Source: an uncultured delta proteobacterium (GTDB lineage Bacteria > Desulfobacterota > Binatia > UBA9968). From it: a stretch of 64,000 nt of DNA. The stretch lies in NCBI GenBank assembly GCA_963727625.1, contig CAVSHR010000005.1, positions 576,001 through 640,000 of the forward strand. The letters are read 5' to 3'. The notes below the pieces were generated by a model that saw only the letters and a program-made list of their open reading frames with translations, did no database searches and was not told where the DNA came from. Each line of letters opens with the position of its first letter. Position 1 is the stretch's first letter. The translations under genes were made by a program, and so were the position numbers. Positions 11,277 through 22,092 of the stretch are shown piece after piece.

Positions 11277-11682
11277 GATACATAGGCTGGGAGGCATGAG
11301 ACGAATTCGCATTCTCACCCTTCCTGTCTTCCGCCACTCCCCTGAAGACTAGCGCAACTTAAAAATCTCGAGATACTGCATAAGCGAAGCGTTGAAGTCT
11401 TGGTAGTCTTCGGGATTCTCGATGAGGTACTTGAAGCCACGGAAAAGCCGGGCCGCGTTGGGATACGGCGACTCTCGACCGCGGGTTTTGAAACGGCGTC
11501 TTGCCCTCCTTCGCGCTCAAAATCGGGCAGATGAATGGGTGGCATTTGGAACCGATAAATAAATCAATGTTTCGCCCGTTTTTCACGCGAATATGGCAAA
11601 CTAACACCGGTCTGACCTTGAATAGGGGCCCGTCGGTGTTTATCATGTTACGGGTCAAGAGCTTGCAATACAGGAGGTGCCT

Positions 11683-11991
11683 ATGGAAGGGGAAGCAACC
11701 AGTAAAGAAAGACTCGTGAGTGATCTCAGAGTCCTGGTTAACGACGCGGAAGAGCTGCTCAAGGCGACCGCAAGCCAAGCCGGGGAAAAAATCTCTGTGG
11801 CGCGGCAAAAGATCGAGCAAAGCCTGGTGGAAGGGAAAAAAGCGCTTGCCGACGCGGAACTATCCCTTGTTAAGAAATCGAAAGAATGCGCCGAAATCGC
11901 CGATGACTATGTCAGGGAAAATCCCTGGAGCGCGGTGGGCGTCGCCGCTGCCGTCGGTTTGGCGCTGGGGTTACTGATCCGCAGCAGATAA
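11683..11991 (+). CDS. DUF883/ElaB/YqjD-family membrane-anchored ribosome-binding protein
   Basis: DAEELLKATA...DDYVRENPWSAVGVAAAVGLALGLLI; AGGAGG RBS. Confidence 0.9.
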   Translation: MEGEATSKERLVSDLRVLVNDAEELLKATASQAGEKISVARQKIEQSLVEGKKALADAELSLVKKSKECAEIADDYVRENPWSAVGVAAAVGLALGLLIRSR

Positions 11992-12001
11992 TCGCCTCGA
12001 A

Positions 12002-12412
12002 ATGAGCGATCGAGGAAGCAGCCCGGACCAGGAGGGGCCGTCGAGCTTTACGCAGCCGTTCAAGACCGCCGTGGCGGTTTTGAGCGCGGCGTTGCACACG
12101 CGCCTCGAACTGTTCGTTACCGAGCTCGAAGAAGAGCGCGAGCGGCTCAAGCAGACCTTAACGCTCACCTTCCTGGTGATATTCGGCGCCAGTTTCGGTT
12201 TAATCTTATTCACGATCTTTATCGTCGCGCTGTTTTGGGAAAACGGCTGGATCCCGGCAATCGGGATTTTGGCGCTGGTTTATTTCGGCGTCGCCGTCTT
12301 AGCCGCGGTCAAACTCCGAAGCGCGATCTTAAAACGCGCCGGTCTCTTCCCCGCCACCTTGGCTGAACTCGGCAAGGATCGCGATCATTTGAGAGCATCC
12401 GCTCGTGAATAA
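12002..12412 (+). CDS. YqjE-like membrane protein (phage-holin-like family)
   Basis: HTRLELFVTELEEE, two TM segments, FPATLAELGKDR; follows yqjD-like gene. Confidence 0.85.
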   Translation: MSDRGSSPDQEGPSSFTQPFKTAVAVLSAALHTRLELFVTELEEERERLKQTLTLTFLVIFGASFGLILFTIFIVALFWENGWIPAIGILALVYFGVAVLAAVKLRSAILKRAGLFPATLAELGKDRDHLRASARE

Positions 12413-12710
12413 GCGCTTCGAAGATATCGCCCGGCGTAAACAAGCCCTGATCGAAAAGGCCGCCATGGAACGCGCTGAATGGGCCGCCGCCTATCGTCGA
12501 ATGCGCTCCCCTTTTGATTTGGGCCACGCCCTCCTCGGGGCTGGCCGCGCTCTCAAGGCTTACCCCATGGTCGCCGCGGCAATTTCGAGTATTTTGGTAA
12601 GCGGCTATGCGGGACAGCTTCTCAGGGGAACCGGCGAGATTTTTAAGCTATGGCGCCTGGTGCTACCGCTCCGTGCCTGGTGGTCCAAGCGCCGGCGCAT
12701 CGCGTCTTAA
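12405..12710 (+). CDS. YqjK-like protein
   Basis: RKQALIEKAAMER N-terminus; overlaps yqjE-like stop as in the yqjDEK arrangement. Confidence 0.65.
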   Translation: MNKRFEDIARRKQALIEKAAMERAEWAAAYRRMRSPFDLGHALLGAGRALKAYPMVAAAISSILVSGYAGQLLRGTGEIFKLWRLVLPLRAWWSKRRRIAS

Positions 12711-12768
12711 TCCACCACTTTAAAAATTCAATTTTTGACCATCGTCCAGGGCTCCTGAAGCCTGCGAA

Positions 12769-14454
12769 TTATTCCATCCTGGCCCTTTCTGTTTTGCGTG
12801 GGTCCGCCGCTCCGTTCAATATATTTCCCTGCCAAGTGATCGCTTGCACCACGCCGAGCGAAGTTCGCTCCCTGAGCGCATGGCCGCGCTGCTCGAGCGA
12901 TTTTTTCGCTTCGACGCTGATCTTGGCTTCCAGGTTCAAACGGTCCGGTAGCCACTGATGGTGAATGCGCGGCGCCGCCACCGCCGCTTTTACCGGCATG
13001 CGAAAATCGATCACGTTCAAAATGGTCTGCAAGGTCGCATTGATAATGCGCGGCCCACCGGCAGCGCCAACCACCATCTCGGGCTGACCGTTGTTTAAAA
13101 TAATTGTCGGCGACATGCTGCTTAGCGGCCGTTTATTGGGCTGGAGCGAATTGGCTTGGTTGCCGACCAGGCCATAAACGTTACCCACCTCGGGGTGGAT
13201 GGTAAAATCGTCCATTTCGTTGTTCAAAACGATGCCCGTTTTTGATACGAGCAATTTCGAACCAAAGCGCGTGTTGACCGATTGGGTAACCGCCACGGCG
13301 TTGCCGAAGCGATCGACCACGCTGAAATGGGTTGTCCCGCCCTGTTCGGCGTGAAAGTTGTAATAACCGTAAAATGCCGGCGGCCGAGTCTTGTCCGGCG
13401 CGATCCGTTTTCGAACCCATGCGGCGTAGTTTTTTGCCGTCAATTTACCCACCGGCACATGCACGAAGTCCGGGTCGCCGAGAAATTGCGCTCGATCCGC
13501 AAACGCATGCTTCATTGTCTCGCTGAGCAGATGCAGATAAAAGGCGGAATTATGCCGGAACTCGCCGAGCGGATAGCCTTCGAGAATATTGAGCATCTCG
13601 ACGATCGCCACGCCCCCCGAACTCGGCGGCGGCATGGTAATCACGGTGCGGTTTCGATAGGAGCCGATGAGCGGCTTGCGCCATACCGGTTTGTAGTTTT
13701 TGAGATCGTTAAGCGTCATGACGCCGCCGGCTTTCTTGATCGTCTCGACGATCGCTTCGGCGATCCAGCCGCGATAAAAAACCGATTCACCTTTCCGGGC
13801 GATGGCTTTAAGCGTTTCGGCCAGCTCCGGCTGGCGAATTATCTCGCCGTCCTTGGGCACTTCGCCATTGGGCAGATAAATCCGGCCAAGCTCCGCGAAA
13901 CGCTTCATATTGGTTTGCTGACGCTCGATGGCAACACCCAGGGCCGGATCCAAGGGAAATCCAGCGCCGGCGAGCTTGATCGCCGGCGCCGCCAAGACCG
14001 CCATCGGCAACGTTCCGAAGCGCCTGCGGGCCTCGATCAGGCCGGCAACTTCGCCGGGCACCGCGACGGCAAGCGCTCCAGTGAGGCTCAACGACGCCGC
14101 CGGCTTGCCGTCTTTCATATAAAGCTCGCGCCGGGAGGCGGCCGGCGCGGTCTCGCGAAAATCCAGCGCAAACGACTGTTTGTCTCTGGCGCGGTAAAAC
14201 ACCAAGAAACCACCGCCGCCCAGACCGGAAGACGCCTGATCGACCACAGAGAGCGCCAGCGCCGTGGCGACCGCCGCATCCACGGCGTTACCACCACGTT
14301 TCAAAATTGTCATTCCCGCATCGCTCGCCAGCTCACTATCGGCGACCACCAAGCCTGTGGCGGACTGGAGCGTTCGGCCGTGGGCATCGGATTGAAAAAG
14401 CGCGAAGACGACGAAAAAAACCAAAAATAGGCGACGGCGATTCGTGGAGTGCAT
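12769..14454 (-). CDS. ggt: Gamma-glutamyltransferase
   Basis: Signal peptide, GGNAVDAAVA, SGLGGGGF, DFRETAP, catalytic GTTHFSVVD, RPLSSMSP. Confidence 0.95.
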   Translation of the reverse strand: MHSTNRRRLFLVFFVVFALFQSDAHGRTLQSATGLVVADSELASDAGMTILKRGGNAVDAAVATALALSVVDQASSGLGGGGFLVFYRARDKQSFALDFRETAPAASRRELYMKDGKPAASLSLTGALAVAVPGEVAGLIEARRRFGTLPMAVLAAPAIKLAGAGFPLDPALGVAIERQQTNMKRFAELGRIYLPNGEVPKDGEIIRQPELAETLKAIARKGESVFYRGWIAEAIVETIKKAGGVMTLNDLKNYKPVWRKPLIGSYRNRTVITMPPPSSGGVAIVEMLNILEGYPLGEFRHNSAFYLHLLSETMKHAFADRAQFLGDPDFVHVPVGKLTAKNYAAWVRKRIAPDKTRPPAFYGYYNFHAEQGGTTHFSVVDRFGNAVAVTQSVNTRFGSKLLVSKTGIVLNNEMDDFTIHPEVGNVYGLVGNQANSLQPNKRPLSSMSPTIILNNGQPEMVVGAAGGPRIINATLQTILNVIDFRMPVKAAVAAPRIHHQWLPDRLNLEAKISVEAKKSLEQRGHALRERTSLGVVQAITWQGNILNGAADPRKTERARME

Positions 14455-14590
14455 AACTTTCTTGTTGGTCTAATGTTTTACCTGAGCTTTTGCAACTTAC
14501 GGTCCTGCGCGGAGTCATTATGCTTGCGCTCGACGACACCTTCTTTCATAGTGATTTAGCTTCGAGAGGCATCGGAGCGTCCTGCGAATC

Positions 14591-17500
14591 ATGCAAACGA
14601 TCTTAGGGCCATTTCATCCTTACCTCGAAAACGCCATCGTCGATGAAATTCTCACGCGTAAAAAGGCCGATGCGCTTTGTCCGCTGCTAGTGCTCGTCCC
14701 TTCGGAAGCTTTGCGCCGGCATTTGAAACAGCTGCTGAGCGGGCATCATAAGTTGTCTCTCATTAATCTTCATCTGCTGACCTTCTACCAACTCTCCGCC
14801 CGACTTTTTGCCGAAGTTCACGGCTCACTGCCGGAGTTGCGCGACGATCTGTTTCTAGAAGAAGTGGTGCGCCAGCTCGTGCGCACGCGCCAAGCGGGGG
14901 CGGAGATCTTTGCCGGCATCGAAGATCGAGCCGGCGGCTGCGCTGCGCTCTGGCAGACCCTGCGCGACTTGCGCGACGGCCTAGTCGATCCGCAAAACGC
15001 ACTGGAAGCGAGCCACGAGGGGCACTTGGCACGCAAAAGCGGCGAACGCACCGAGCAACTGTTGCGTCTGCTTCAGGGATTGTTGAGCTTCTGCGACGGC
15101 CATGAGATTCAGAATCATTCCGACCTGGATAAGTTCGGCGCTCGACAAGCGGCGGCGTCACCGTTTCTCAGACAGTTCCAGCGAATCTTCTATTACGGCT
15201 TTTACGATCTCACACAAATTCAACTCGATGGTTTCCAAGCCGTCGCAAAGAACTATCCGACGACTTTATTGTTTCCGCTGTTGCCGATCCGACCGAGCCA
15301 TAACGGCTGGACGTTTGCCGAACGATTTTACGAACGTCACGTCCAGGGCTACAACACCGAACCGACCCGTGATCTCCTCAATGCCGCCGAACCTTCCCTT
15401 CCGGCAACATTGCGCCTCTTCGACGAGCAGGCTGACCGGTCTTACCGGAGTCTGCCGGCCAACTGGCACTGCGTTGTCTCGAACAGCTTTGGCGTCTACG
15501 ACGAAGTCGCCGCAGCAGCCAAAGAGATCCTTCGGCTCGTTGACGACGAGCAAATGGCTTTTGGAGAAATCGGCTTGGTCGCGCGCAGCCTCGATTCATA
15601 TGGCGATGCCATTGCGGAGGTCTTCCGCGAACATCAAGTTCCGATTCAAAGCGCCATCGAAGCGCCGCTGGTGCAATTTCCACTCATCAAGGCGGCGATT
15701 CTGCTCTTCAGCATGCCGGCCAAGGATTTTCTCCGCTCCCACGTGATCGATCTTCTCTCATCGCCCTACTTTCAGCTCGGGAAACCCATTGAGGCCGACC
15801 CGCCGCGGCCGGATCTGTGGGACCTCGCCAGCCGTGAGTTGGCGATCTGCAAGGGCGTTCTGGAATGGCGCCGGCTGCGAAACTATGCCAACCGCGATCT
15901 GATCATTTCCCAGCTCAGTGGCGATGACGAATTCCGCGTCATCCGCATCGCCGCAGCGCAGTTGCGTGCGTTGTCTGATATCGTCGAGAGTCTCACCACT
16001 GACTTACAGGCTCTACCTGAAAATGATTCCTGGAGCGGCTATGCCGCGGCCTTCAAGGAGCTACTCCGCAAATATCTGGGCGTTTCGGTTGACGAATCGA
16101 GAGCAGAGAAAAACAGCGACGAGTCGTTGAAGCAAAAGATCTTCGCGCTTCTCGATCAGATTGCCGCGCTGGACGCCGTGAGTGCTCGGGTGACGCTCAG
16201 TGATTTCAGCCTGACTTTCGAACATTGGCTGGAACGTTCCAGCTTGGACCCAAGCGCCAAGGATGTCGACGGCGTTACGGTGATGAATGCCACCGCAGCC
16301 CGCGGGCTTTCCTTTCGCGCCCTTTTCATCCTCGGCCTCAACGAAGGGATTTTTCCGCGCACGATTCGCGAGGACGCGTTCCTCCGCGACCGCGACCGAG
16401 AAGTTCTCGAGCGTGACTTAGGCTACAAGGTCAATCCGAAGCTCGCCGGCTTCGATGAGGAAAAACTGCTTTTTACCTTGCTTGTCGGCGCCGCGCGCGA
16501 GCGGCTTTGTGTTTCATTTCAACGCGCCGACGAATCCGGCCGCGCCCTGTCGCCATCTTGGTATCTCGGCGAACTCAAACGCGCCCTTGGCGACGAAGCG
16601 CGAAGCCGGGTTACCGAGATTACGATTCCGCGGAGTCTCACCGAGAAGTCGAGCTCCCCGCCCTTTCACCGCGACAGCTTGTTGTTGCCCGAAGAGCTTG
16701 GCATCCGCCTGACGCTCGAGGACCAGGATCCCAGCGCGTTGATCGAGAATTTTTCCACCGCGCCCCGCCTCTACAAACACGGTCGCAGAGTCGTCGCCGA
16801 GCTCGATCAAAACGGTGACCAGCTGCGCGGTTTCGACGGTGCGGTGGGACCACTGGCCGATCATTGGCAGCATTTCATCCGGCGCGGCGTTTCGCCCACG
16901 GCGTTGGAAACCTACGCCCGTTGCCCTTATCAATTTTTCGCACGTCACGTGCTCGGCCTCGAGCGACTTGAAAGACCGGAAGACGTTTCCGGACCGGGCC
17001 CGGCGGAGTATGGTGAGCTCGGCCACACCATCCTCAACGGAGTCTATCAAACGTTGGTCGATTGCAATTACTTCGCCGGCAAATCTGCGGATGTCGGATT
17101 AACCGTCGAAACCGTCGCGCACCGGGTATTCGCTGAATACGAAAAGAACCAACCGGTCGGCTACGCGCTCACCTGGCAATGCCTCAAAGAGCAACTGACC
17201 CAATTGATCCGCGACGTCGTGACTCTAGATCTTCAAGAGATGGCCGATTCAGGATTTGTGCCGGCTCATTTTGAAGTGGAAGCGACCGAGCGCTTGCCGG
17301 ACAAGTGGCCGGAACCGCTGCGCGGTGTGATGATTCGTGGACGGATGGACCGCATCGATACCAACGCGGAGAACCATAACCTGCGGGTCATCGATTATAA
17401 GTTTAAATTCGGCGCCGGCGCCACGGCGCAAGACAAGAACCTCGATCGGGCGGCGCTCAGAGGGGAAAGGCTGCAACCGCCCTTCTATAGCTTGCTCGGT

Positions 17501-17839
17501 AAAAGTTGGGCGCGCCAGCAAACCGGCCAGCCGGCCGAAGTCGGCGCGGAGTTTTATTACATCGCCGGGCGCTGGTCCAATGGCCCATTGGTGACCGAGG
17601 CCTTCAACGCCGCCGGTCTCGAAGGGACACTCGGCGCGGAGATCGCGAAGACCATCGCTTATCTCGCCGATGGCATCCGTGAAGGACGCTTCTTTATCCA
17701 GCGCGGCACCCACTGCGATCATTGTGACGTCGCGGAGATCTGCCGGAAAAATCACCCGCCCAGTTTGTGGCGTGCGGAGAACGATCCGATCACGAGGCCG
17801 CATCGCGAGCTCAAAAATAAAGACCCGAAGAAGTTATGA
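14591..17839 (+). CDS. addB: AddB/RexB-like subunit with PD-(D/E)XK nuclease and Fe-S cysteines
   Basis: Helicase-like N-terminus lacking Walker A; SPTALETYARCPYQFF, GRMDRID..VIDYK, HCDHCDVAEIC. Confidence 0.8.
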   Translation: MQTILGPFHPYLENAIVDEILTRKKADALCPLLVLVPSEALRRHLKQLLSGHHKLSLINLHLLTFYQLSARLFAEVHGSLPELRDDLFLEEVVRQLVRTRQAGAEIFAGIEDRAGGCAALWQTLRDLRDGLVDPQNALEASHEGHLARKSGERTEQLLRLLQGLLSFCDGHEIQNHSDLDKFGARQAAASPFLRQFQRIFYYGFYDLTQIQLDGFQAVAKNYPTTLLFPLLPIRPSHNGWTFAERFYERHVQGYNTEPTRDLLNAAEPSLPATLRLFDEQADRSYRSLPANWHCVVSNSFGVYDEVAAAAKEILRLVDDEQMAFGEIGLVARSLDSYGDAIAEVFREHQVPIQSAIEAPLVQFPLIKAAILLFSMPAKDFLRSHVIDLLSSPYFQLGKPIEADPPRPDLWDLASRELAICKGVLEWRRLRNYANRDLIISQLSGDDEFRVIRIAAAQLRALSDIVESLTTDLQALPENDSWSGYAAAFKELLRKYLGVSVDESRAEKNSDESLKQKIFALLDQIAALDAVSARVTLSDFSLTFEHWLERSSLDPSAKDVDGVTVMNATAARGLSFRALFILGLNEGIFPRTIREDAFLRDRDREVLERDLGYKVNPKLAGFDEEKLLFTLLVGAARERLCVSFQRADESGRALSPSWYLGELKRALGDEARSRVTEITIPRSLTEKSSSPPFHRDSLLLPEELGIRLTLEDQDPSALIENFSTAPRLYKHGRRVVAELDQNGDQLRGFDGAVGPLADHWQHFIRRGVSPTALETYARCPYQFFARHVLGLERLERPEDVSGPGPAEYGELGHTILNGVYQTLVDCNYFAGKSADVGLTVETVAHRVFAEYEKNQPVGYALTWQCLKEQLTQLIRDVVTLDLQEMADSGFVPAHFEVEATERLPDKWPEPLRGVMIRGRMDRIDTNAENHNLRVIDYKFKFGAGATAQDKNLDRAALRGERLQPPFYSLLGKSWARQQTGQPAEVGAEFYYIAGRWSNGPLVTEAFNAAGLEGTLGAEIAKTIAYLADGIREGRFFIQRGTHCDHCDVAEICRKNHPPSLWRAENDPITRPHRELKNKDPKKL

Positions 17840-20800
17840 CCGTAGACAGAAATGCACCGGAACTCATCGACGCTGCCGAGCGCGAGCGCGCGGTGGCGAC
17901 CTTTGACCGCAATCTGGTGGTCACCGCGGGCGCGGGCACGGGCAAGACCACGCTACTGGTCGACCGGCTGGCGCACTTGCTTCTGCGCAATCCCGACCCA
18001 TTGCGCATCACCGAGATCGTCGCCCTGACTTTTACCAATAAAGCCGCCAATGAAATGAAGCTTCGCCTGCGCGACCGGTTGCAAAGCTATCTGGCCGTCT
18101 GGCTCGACCGAAAACCCGCCGGCAGCGTCGAGCGCAAAGCCAAGGCGGACGTCGAAGCGCTGCTCGCGCGTTATCAGCTATCCAAGGACGACCTCGACGG
18201 CCGTATTCATGACGCGCTCCGAAATATCGAGCGGAGCGACATCGGCACGATGCATAGTTTCGCGGCGACGCTGCTGCGCCTTTATCCGCTCGAAGCCGGT
18301 GTCGATCCGCAATTTAACGAAGACGATGGCGCACAATTCGACCGGCTATTCGACGAGCAATGGGATCTCTGGCTCGATCAGGAGCTTTCTCTTAGAAGCC
18401 CTCAAACCGACAATTGGAAGGCTGTCCTTGGGAAGGTCACCCTCGATCACGTCAAGGCGCTGGCAAAATCGCTCGCCGCCGAAACAGTCGAGCTGAAGCG
18501 CGATCGGAAGAACGCTGGCTCGATTCCTGAGGCTCTCAAAGTTTGGCTGGGCCAGCTCGAAGCCGGGGCTGCGTCGCTCAGCGAACACCATCCCGAAGAG
18601 CGCATGAACGAAAAACTCGTGCGCGCGGCGCACGCAGTGATCAAAGCATCCGGCGGGAACGGACCGGCATTGTCATCCGAATTGAGCGAAGCGCGAGCGC
18701 TGTTGGCGGAAAAATCGATCAGCCGAACTCTCAAAGGTTGGTCTTCGGAGGACATCGGCGCAGCGCAAGAGCTCGTGCGCGTCGCCAAAGGGCTCTGCCA
18801 GGTCGATGCCGATCTCACCGGGACGCTGTGGGAGTTGCTCGTTCCCTTCGCGGAAAAGTTTCGAGAAATATTTGTCCGCCAAGGATTTGTTTCTTTCGAT
18901 GGCCTGCTGATCCGCGCGCGCAACCTCGTGCGCGATCAGCTGCGCGTGCGGGAGGAACTGAAACGCCGATACCGCACGATCTTGATCGACGAATTTCAGG
19001 ACACCGATCCGATCCAGTACGAGATCCTGCTTTACCTCGCGGAAATTCAGAGCGCTGCGGCCAAAGATTGGCGCAAGGTCAATCTCACTGCCGGAAAAGT
19101 CTTCGTCGTCGGCGATCCCAAGCAATCGATCTACGCTTTTCGCCGCGCCGATATCGAGGCTTATCTCGAAGTCGTCGAAAAAATCATCAAGGCGCAGGAT
19201 GGCGTCGAGTGCCGCTTGACGACTAATTTCCGCAGCAATAGCGGCATCCTCGATGTCGTCAACGGCGCGTTTTCCGCGCTCATCCGGCCGCAGGACGGGA
19301 TTCAACCGCCCTACATCGCCATCCATGCCGCGCCGGGCCGACTATCGGCCGCCGATAGCCATTTGCCCACGGTAACGCTCCGCAAAATTGTCGCCGACCA
19401 AGAACTGAATGCGGAAAAGGCGCGCCGTTTGGAAGGCGAAGGCTTGACGCGCTGGCTGCAAGAAGAAATTCTCGACAAGATGATGATATTGAATGCCGCT
19501 GGCGAACGGGTTTACGCGAAGCCAAAAGACGTCGCAATCTTGTTTCGCAAGCTCACCGACATTCACGACTATCTGGAATCTTTCCGCCGCCGCGACATCC
19601 GTTATGTGGTCGAGGGAGAGCGTCACTTCTACGCCGCCAAAGAGATCATCGACGCAGTCAATTTATTTCGCGCCATCGAAAATCCCTACGACCGCTTGGC
19701 GTTGGTCGGAGTCTTGCGCTCGCCGCTCGGTGGCTTGACCGACCGGCAAATCTACGATTTGCATCGGGCGAACTTGCTCGACTACCGGAAAGCCGAATCG
19801 GTGGGCAAAGAAAAGGACCTCGCCACGCTAGCCGAGCTTTATCGTCTAATGGCACATTTGAATGACGAGACGCGGCTCCTGCCGGTGGGTGAAGCGATCA
19901 ACAAAATCTTTGCGACCTTGCCGCTCAAGCTCTTGGCCGCGTGTCAGTTTCATGGCGAGCAAGCCGTGGCGAATCTGGAGAAGCTCCGCCAGCAAGCGAT
20001 CCTCCTCGGCCGCGAAAGTCTCACCACGCTCAAAGAAGCGATCCGCCAGCTGCAGGAGCGGGTGCTCGAAGTCAAGGAAGAAGGCGAGAGCGTGCTCGCC
20101 GAGGAGAACCTCGACGCCGTGCGAATCATGAGCATCCACAAAGCGAAGGGTCTGGAGTTTCCCATCGTCGTTTTGGCCGGATGCCACACCGGCACCGACG
20201 GCAGACAATCGACCGATGAGGCCTCTTCCGATTGGTCCACCGGCCTCACCGGTTTGCGCGTCGGTCAGTTCTGGGACTTGCCTGGACTTTATATCGCGGA
20301 GAAAAACCGCCTACGCGCCGAAGAAGAACAAAAGCGCGTGCTCTACGTCGCCATGACGCGGGCGCGAGAGCATCTCGTCCTTTCCTGCGCGCCGTCCGGC
20401 CGCAGGTCCAGCGGCAGCTTCCTTTCGATGCTCGCCGGCAGCTTAGGCGCCGAGATCGAAGACGCGGAAGTTTCAAGCGGCGTTCAGGTCGGTAACGGCA
20501 AGATCGCCGTTCAAGTAATCGCACAAAACCTCTCCGCCCCAGGTCAGAGCCGAAAAAAAGCCAAGGCGAGCAAGAAGAAACCCCATTGGCGGCCATTCAT
20601 CGACACTTGGAATAAACGCCAGGATCGCTACGAGACGGCGATGAAGCAGGTCAAGTTTGTAACCCCGACGCTGCTCAAGCAGCAGGAAGAAGAGAACAGC
20701 GAAATTGCACTTCGCGCGCGGCGGGCAGGCTTGAAGCGCGAACCCGCGCTCCTTGTCGGCGACTTGGCGCATCGCTTTTTGCAGCGCTGGGATTTTGCCG

Positions 20801-21258
20801 CCGACCCAAGCTCGTTGCCCGACCAGGTCAGCGCGTTCGCTCAACCCTTTCTTGCCGGCAAACCGAAGCAGACCCGCGCCAAGATCGAAAACGAGCTGCG
20901 CGAAGTCGTGCAAAAGTTTTCGCGCTCGGCCATCTATGCAGAGCTCACCGAGGCGCGCATTCTCGGGCGCGAAGTGCCGCTCTTGATGCCGTGGAACGGC
21001 CAGATCATGGAAGGTGTGATTGATTTAATCTACGAAAAAAACGGCTTGCATTACTTGGCCGACTATAAGACAGATAGAGTCGCGCCAGATGAACTGCGCC
21101 AAGGCGCTGAACGCTATCGTCCGCAGGCGGAAATTTATTCGCAAGCCGTGAAGCAAAGTCTTGGGCGCGAACCCACGGCGTTTAAAATTATCTTTCTGCG
21201 TCTCGGCGAAGCCGTGGAGATCGCCGCAGAGACCAACAAGAAACTATCACTGTTCTAG
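17836..21258 (+). CDS. addA: AddA/RexA UvrD-type helicase-nuclease
   Basis: AGAGTGKT, TFTNKAA, DEFQD, VGDPKQSIYAFR, SIHKAKGLEF, YVAMTRA, C-terminal GVIDL..DYKT; 4-nt overlap with addB. Confidence 0.88.
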   Translation: MTVDRNAPELIDAAERERAVATFDRNLVVTAGAGTGKTTLLVDRLAHLLLRNPDPLRITEIVALTFTNKAANEMKLRLRDRLQSYLAVWLDRKPAGSVERKAKADVEALLARYQLSKDDLDGRIHDALRNIERSDIGTMHSFAATLLRLYPLEAGVDPQFNEDDGAQFDRLFDEQWDLWLDQELSLRSPQTDNWKAVLGKVTLDHVKALAKSLAAETVELKRDRKNAGSIPEALKVWLGQLEAGAASLSEHHPEERMNEKLVRAAHAVIKASGGNGPALSSELSEARALLAEKSISRTLKGWSSEDIGAAQELVRVAKGLCQVDADLTGTLWELLVPFAEKFREIFVRQGFVSFDGLLIRARNLVRDQLRVREELKRRYRTILIDEFQDTDPIQYEILLYLAEIQSAAAKDWRKVNLTAGKVFVVGDPKQSIYAFRRADIEAYLEVVEKIIKAQDGVECRLTTNFRSNSGILDVVNGAFSALIRPQDGIQPPYIAIHAAPGRLSAADSHLPTVTLRKIVADQELNAEKARRLEGEGLTRWLQEEILDKMMILNAAGERVYAKPKDVAILFRKLTDIHDYLESFRRRDIRYVVEGERHFYAAKEIIDAVNLFRAIENPYDRLALVGVLRSPLGGLTDRQIYDLHRANLLDYRKAESVGKEKDLATLAELYRLMAHLNDETRLLPVGEAINKIFATLPLKLLAACQFHGEQAVANLEKLRQQAILLGRESLTTLKEAIRQLQERVLEVKEEGESVLAEENLDAVRIMSIHKAKGLEFPIVVLAGCHTGTDGRQSTDEASSDWSTGLTGLRVGQFWDLPGLYIAEKNRLRAEEEQKRVLYVAMTRAREHLVLSCAPSGRRSSGSFLSMLAGSLGAEIEDAEVSSGVQVGNGKIAVQVIAQNLSAPGQSRKKAKASKKKPHWRPFIDTWNKRQDRYETAMKQVKFVTPTLLKQQEEENSEIALRARRAGLKREPALLVGDLAHRFLQRWDFAADPSSLPDQVSAFAQPFLAGKPKQTRAKIENELREVVQKFSRSAIYAELTEARILGREVPLLMPWNGQIMEGVIDLIYEKNGLHYLADYKTDRVAPDELRQGAERYRPQAEIYSQAVKQSLGREPTAFKIIFLRLGEAVEIAAETNKKLSLF

Positions 21259-21267
21259 AGATTCTTT

Positions 21268-21873
21268 ATGAAAATTTGCTTTCTCGATATTGAAACCGTC
21301 CCCACCGACCAATCATTGAAAGAAAACGGCCTGCTCGATTCGCAGATCCAACTCGACGAGGCCGAGCTCATCAAGAAGCTCAGTCTTTCGGCGACGACGG
21401 CAAAGATTCTTTGCCTGTGCTACGCCATCGAGCCATCGGCGAGCGGCACTGTGGAAGTCCTGCAGGGTGAAGAGACCGACATCATCAAAAACTTCTGGAA
21501 GCTCGCCGTGGATGTCAATCTCTTCGTCGGCCACAATATTTTGGATTTCGACCTGCGCTTCATCTATCAACGCTCGGTCATCCACCAGATCAAACCGTCC
21601 CGCGACATCCCTTTCACCCGCTTCCGCAACGCGCCGATCTACGACACCATGCAAGAATGGAGCAAATGGGGCCGAGAGCACGCCAGCCTCGACTCGCTCT
21701 CCAAAGCTCTTGGCATCCCCTCACCCAAAGAAAATCTCGATGGCTCGAAAGTCTACCCCTACTATCGCGCCGGAAGGCTCGCCGAAATCGTCGAATACTG
21801 CAAACGGGATGTTGAGTCCACGCGTCAAGTCTATAGGCGGCTTACGTTTACGAAAGGGCCGGGCTCAGCGTAG
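21268..21873 (+). CDS. Stand-alone DEDDy 3'-5' exonuclease (PolB-exo/RNase H-like)
   Basis: ExoI LDIETVP, ExoII HNILDFDL, ExoIII YCKRDV. Confidence 0.85.
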   Translation: MKICFLDIETVPTDQSLKENGLLDSQIQLDEAELIKKLSLSATTAKILCLCYAIEPSASGTVEVLQGEETDIIKNFWKLAVDVNLFVGHNILDFDLRFIYQRSVIHQIKPSRDIPFTRFRNAPIYDTMQEWSKWGREHASLDSLSKALGIPSPKENLDGSKVYPYYRAGRLAEIVEYCKRDVESTRQVYRRLTFTKGPGSA

Positions 21874-22092
21874 ATAGAGCTGGTCGACAGCCCTATCGGG
21901 AAAAAACTTGTCATGAGGGGCTTCCGCAAGTTTCAATTGACGTTCAGTTCCCGTTCCCGCCTTCCCAATGCCTCGGTTGACTCCCAATCGGGCAATCTAT
22001 AATAATTGAAGTCAAATCCGCTGGGCTTGAGTATCATATCCTCACGCCAGTTCGCAGATTCCGGTAACGTAATGAGCACTTAAGGAGGCATT

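Noticed and set aside
11296-11355. Short ORF MRRIRILTLPVFRHSPED with GGAGG RBS after purA
   Set aside because: No recognisable motif or attenuator structure; cannot be supported from sequence alone.
12002-12412. Phage holin indicating a prophage
   Set aside because: Context is the chromosomal yqjD/E/K-like trio; no phage genes nearby.
13282-14430. Long antisense ORFs (e.g. 13282-14430, 8245-9138, 23311-24393, 58077-58904)
   Set aside because: Shadow frames opposite well-supported genes in GC-rich DNA, with no motifs.
14591-21258. Helicase-nuclease pair as a novel defence system or Cas4 module
   Set aside because: Domain order, Fe-S cysteines and sizes fit ordinary AddAB.
21977-22003. TTGACT...TATAAT sigma-70 promoter for the cupin gene
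   Set aside because: Spacer is only 15 bp; plausible but not convincing.
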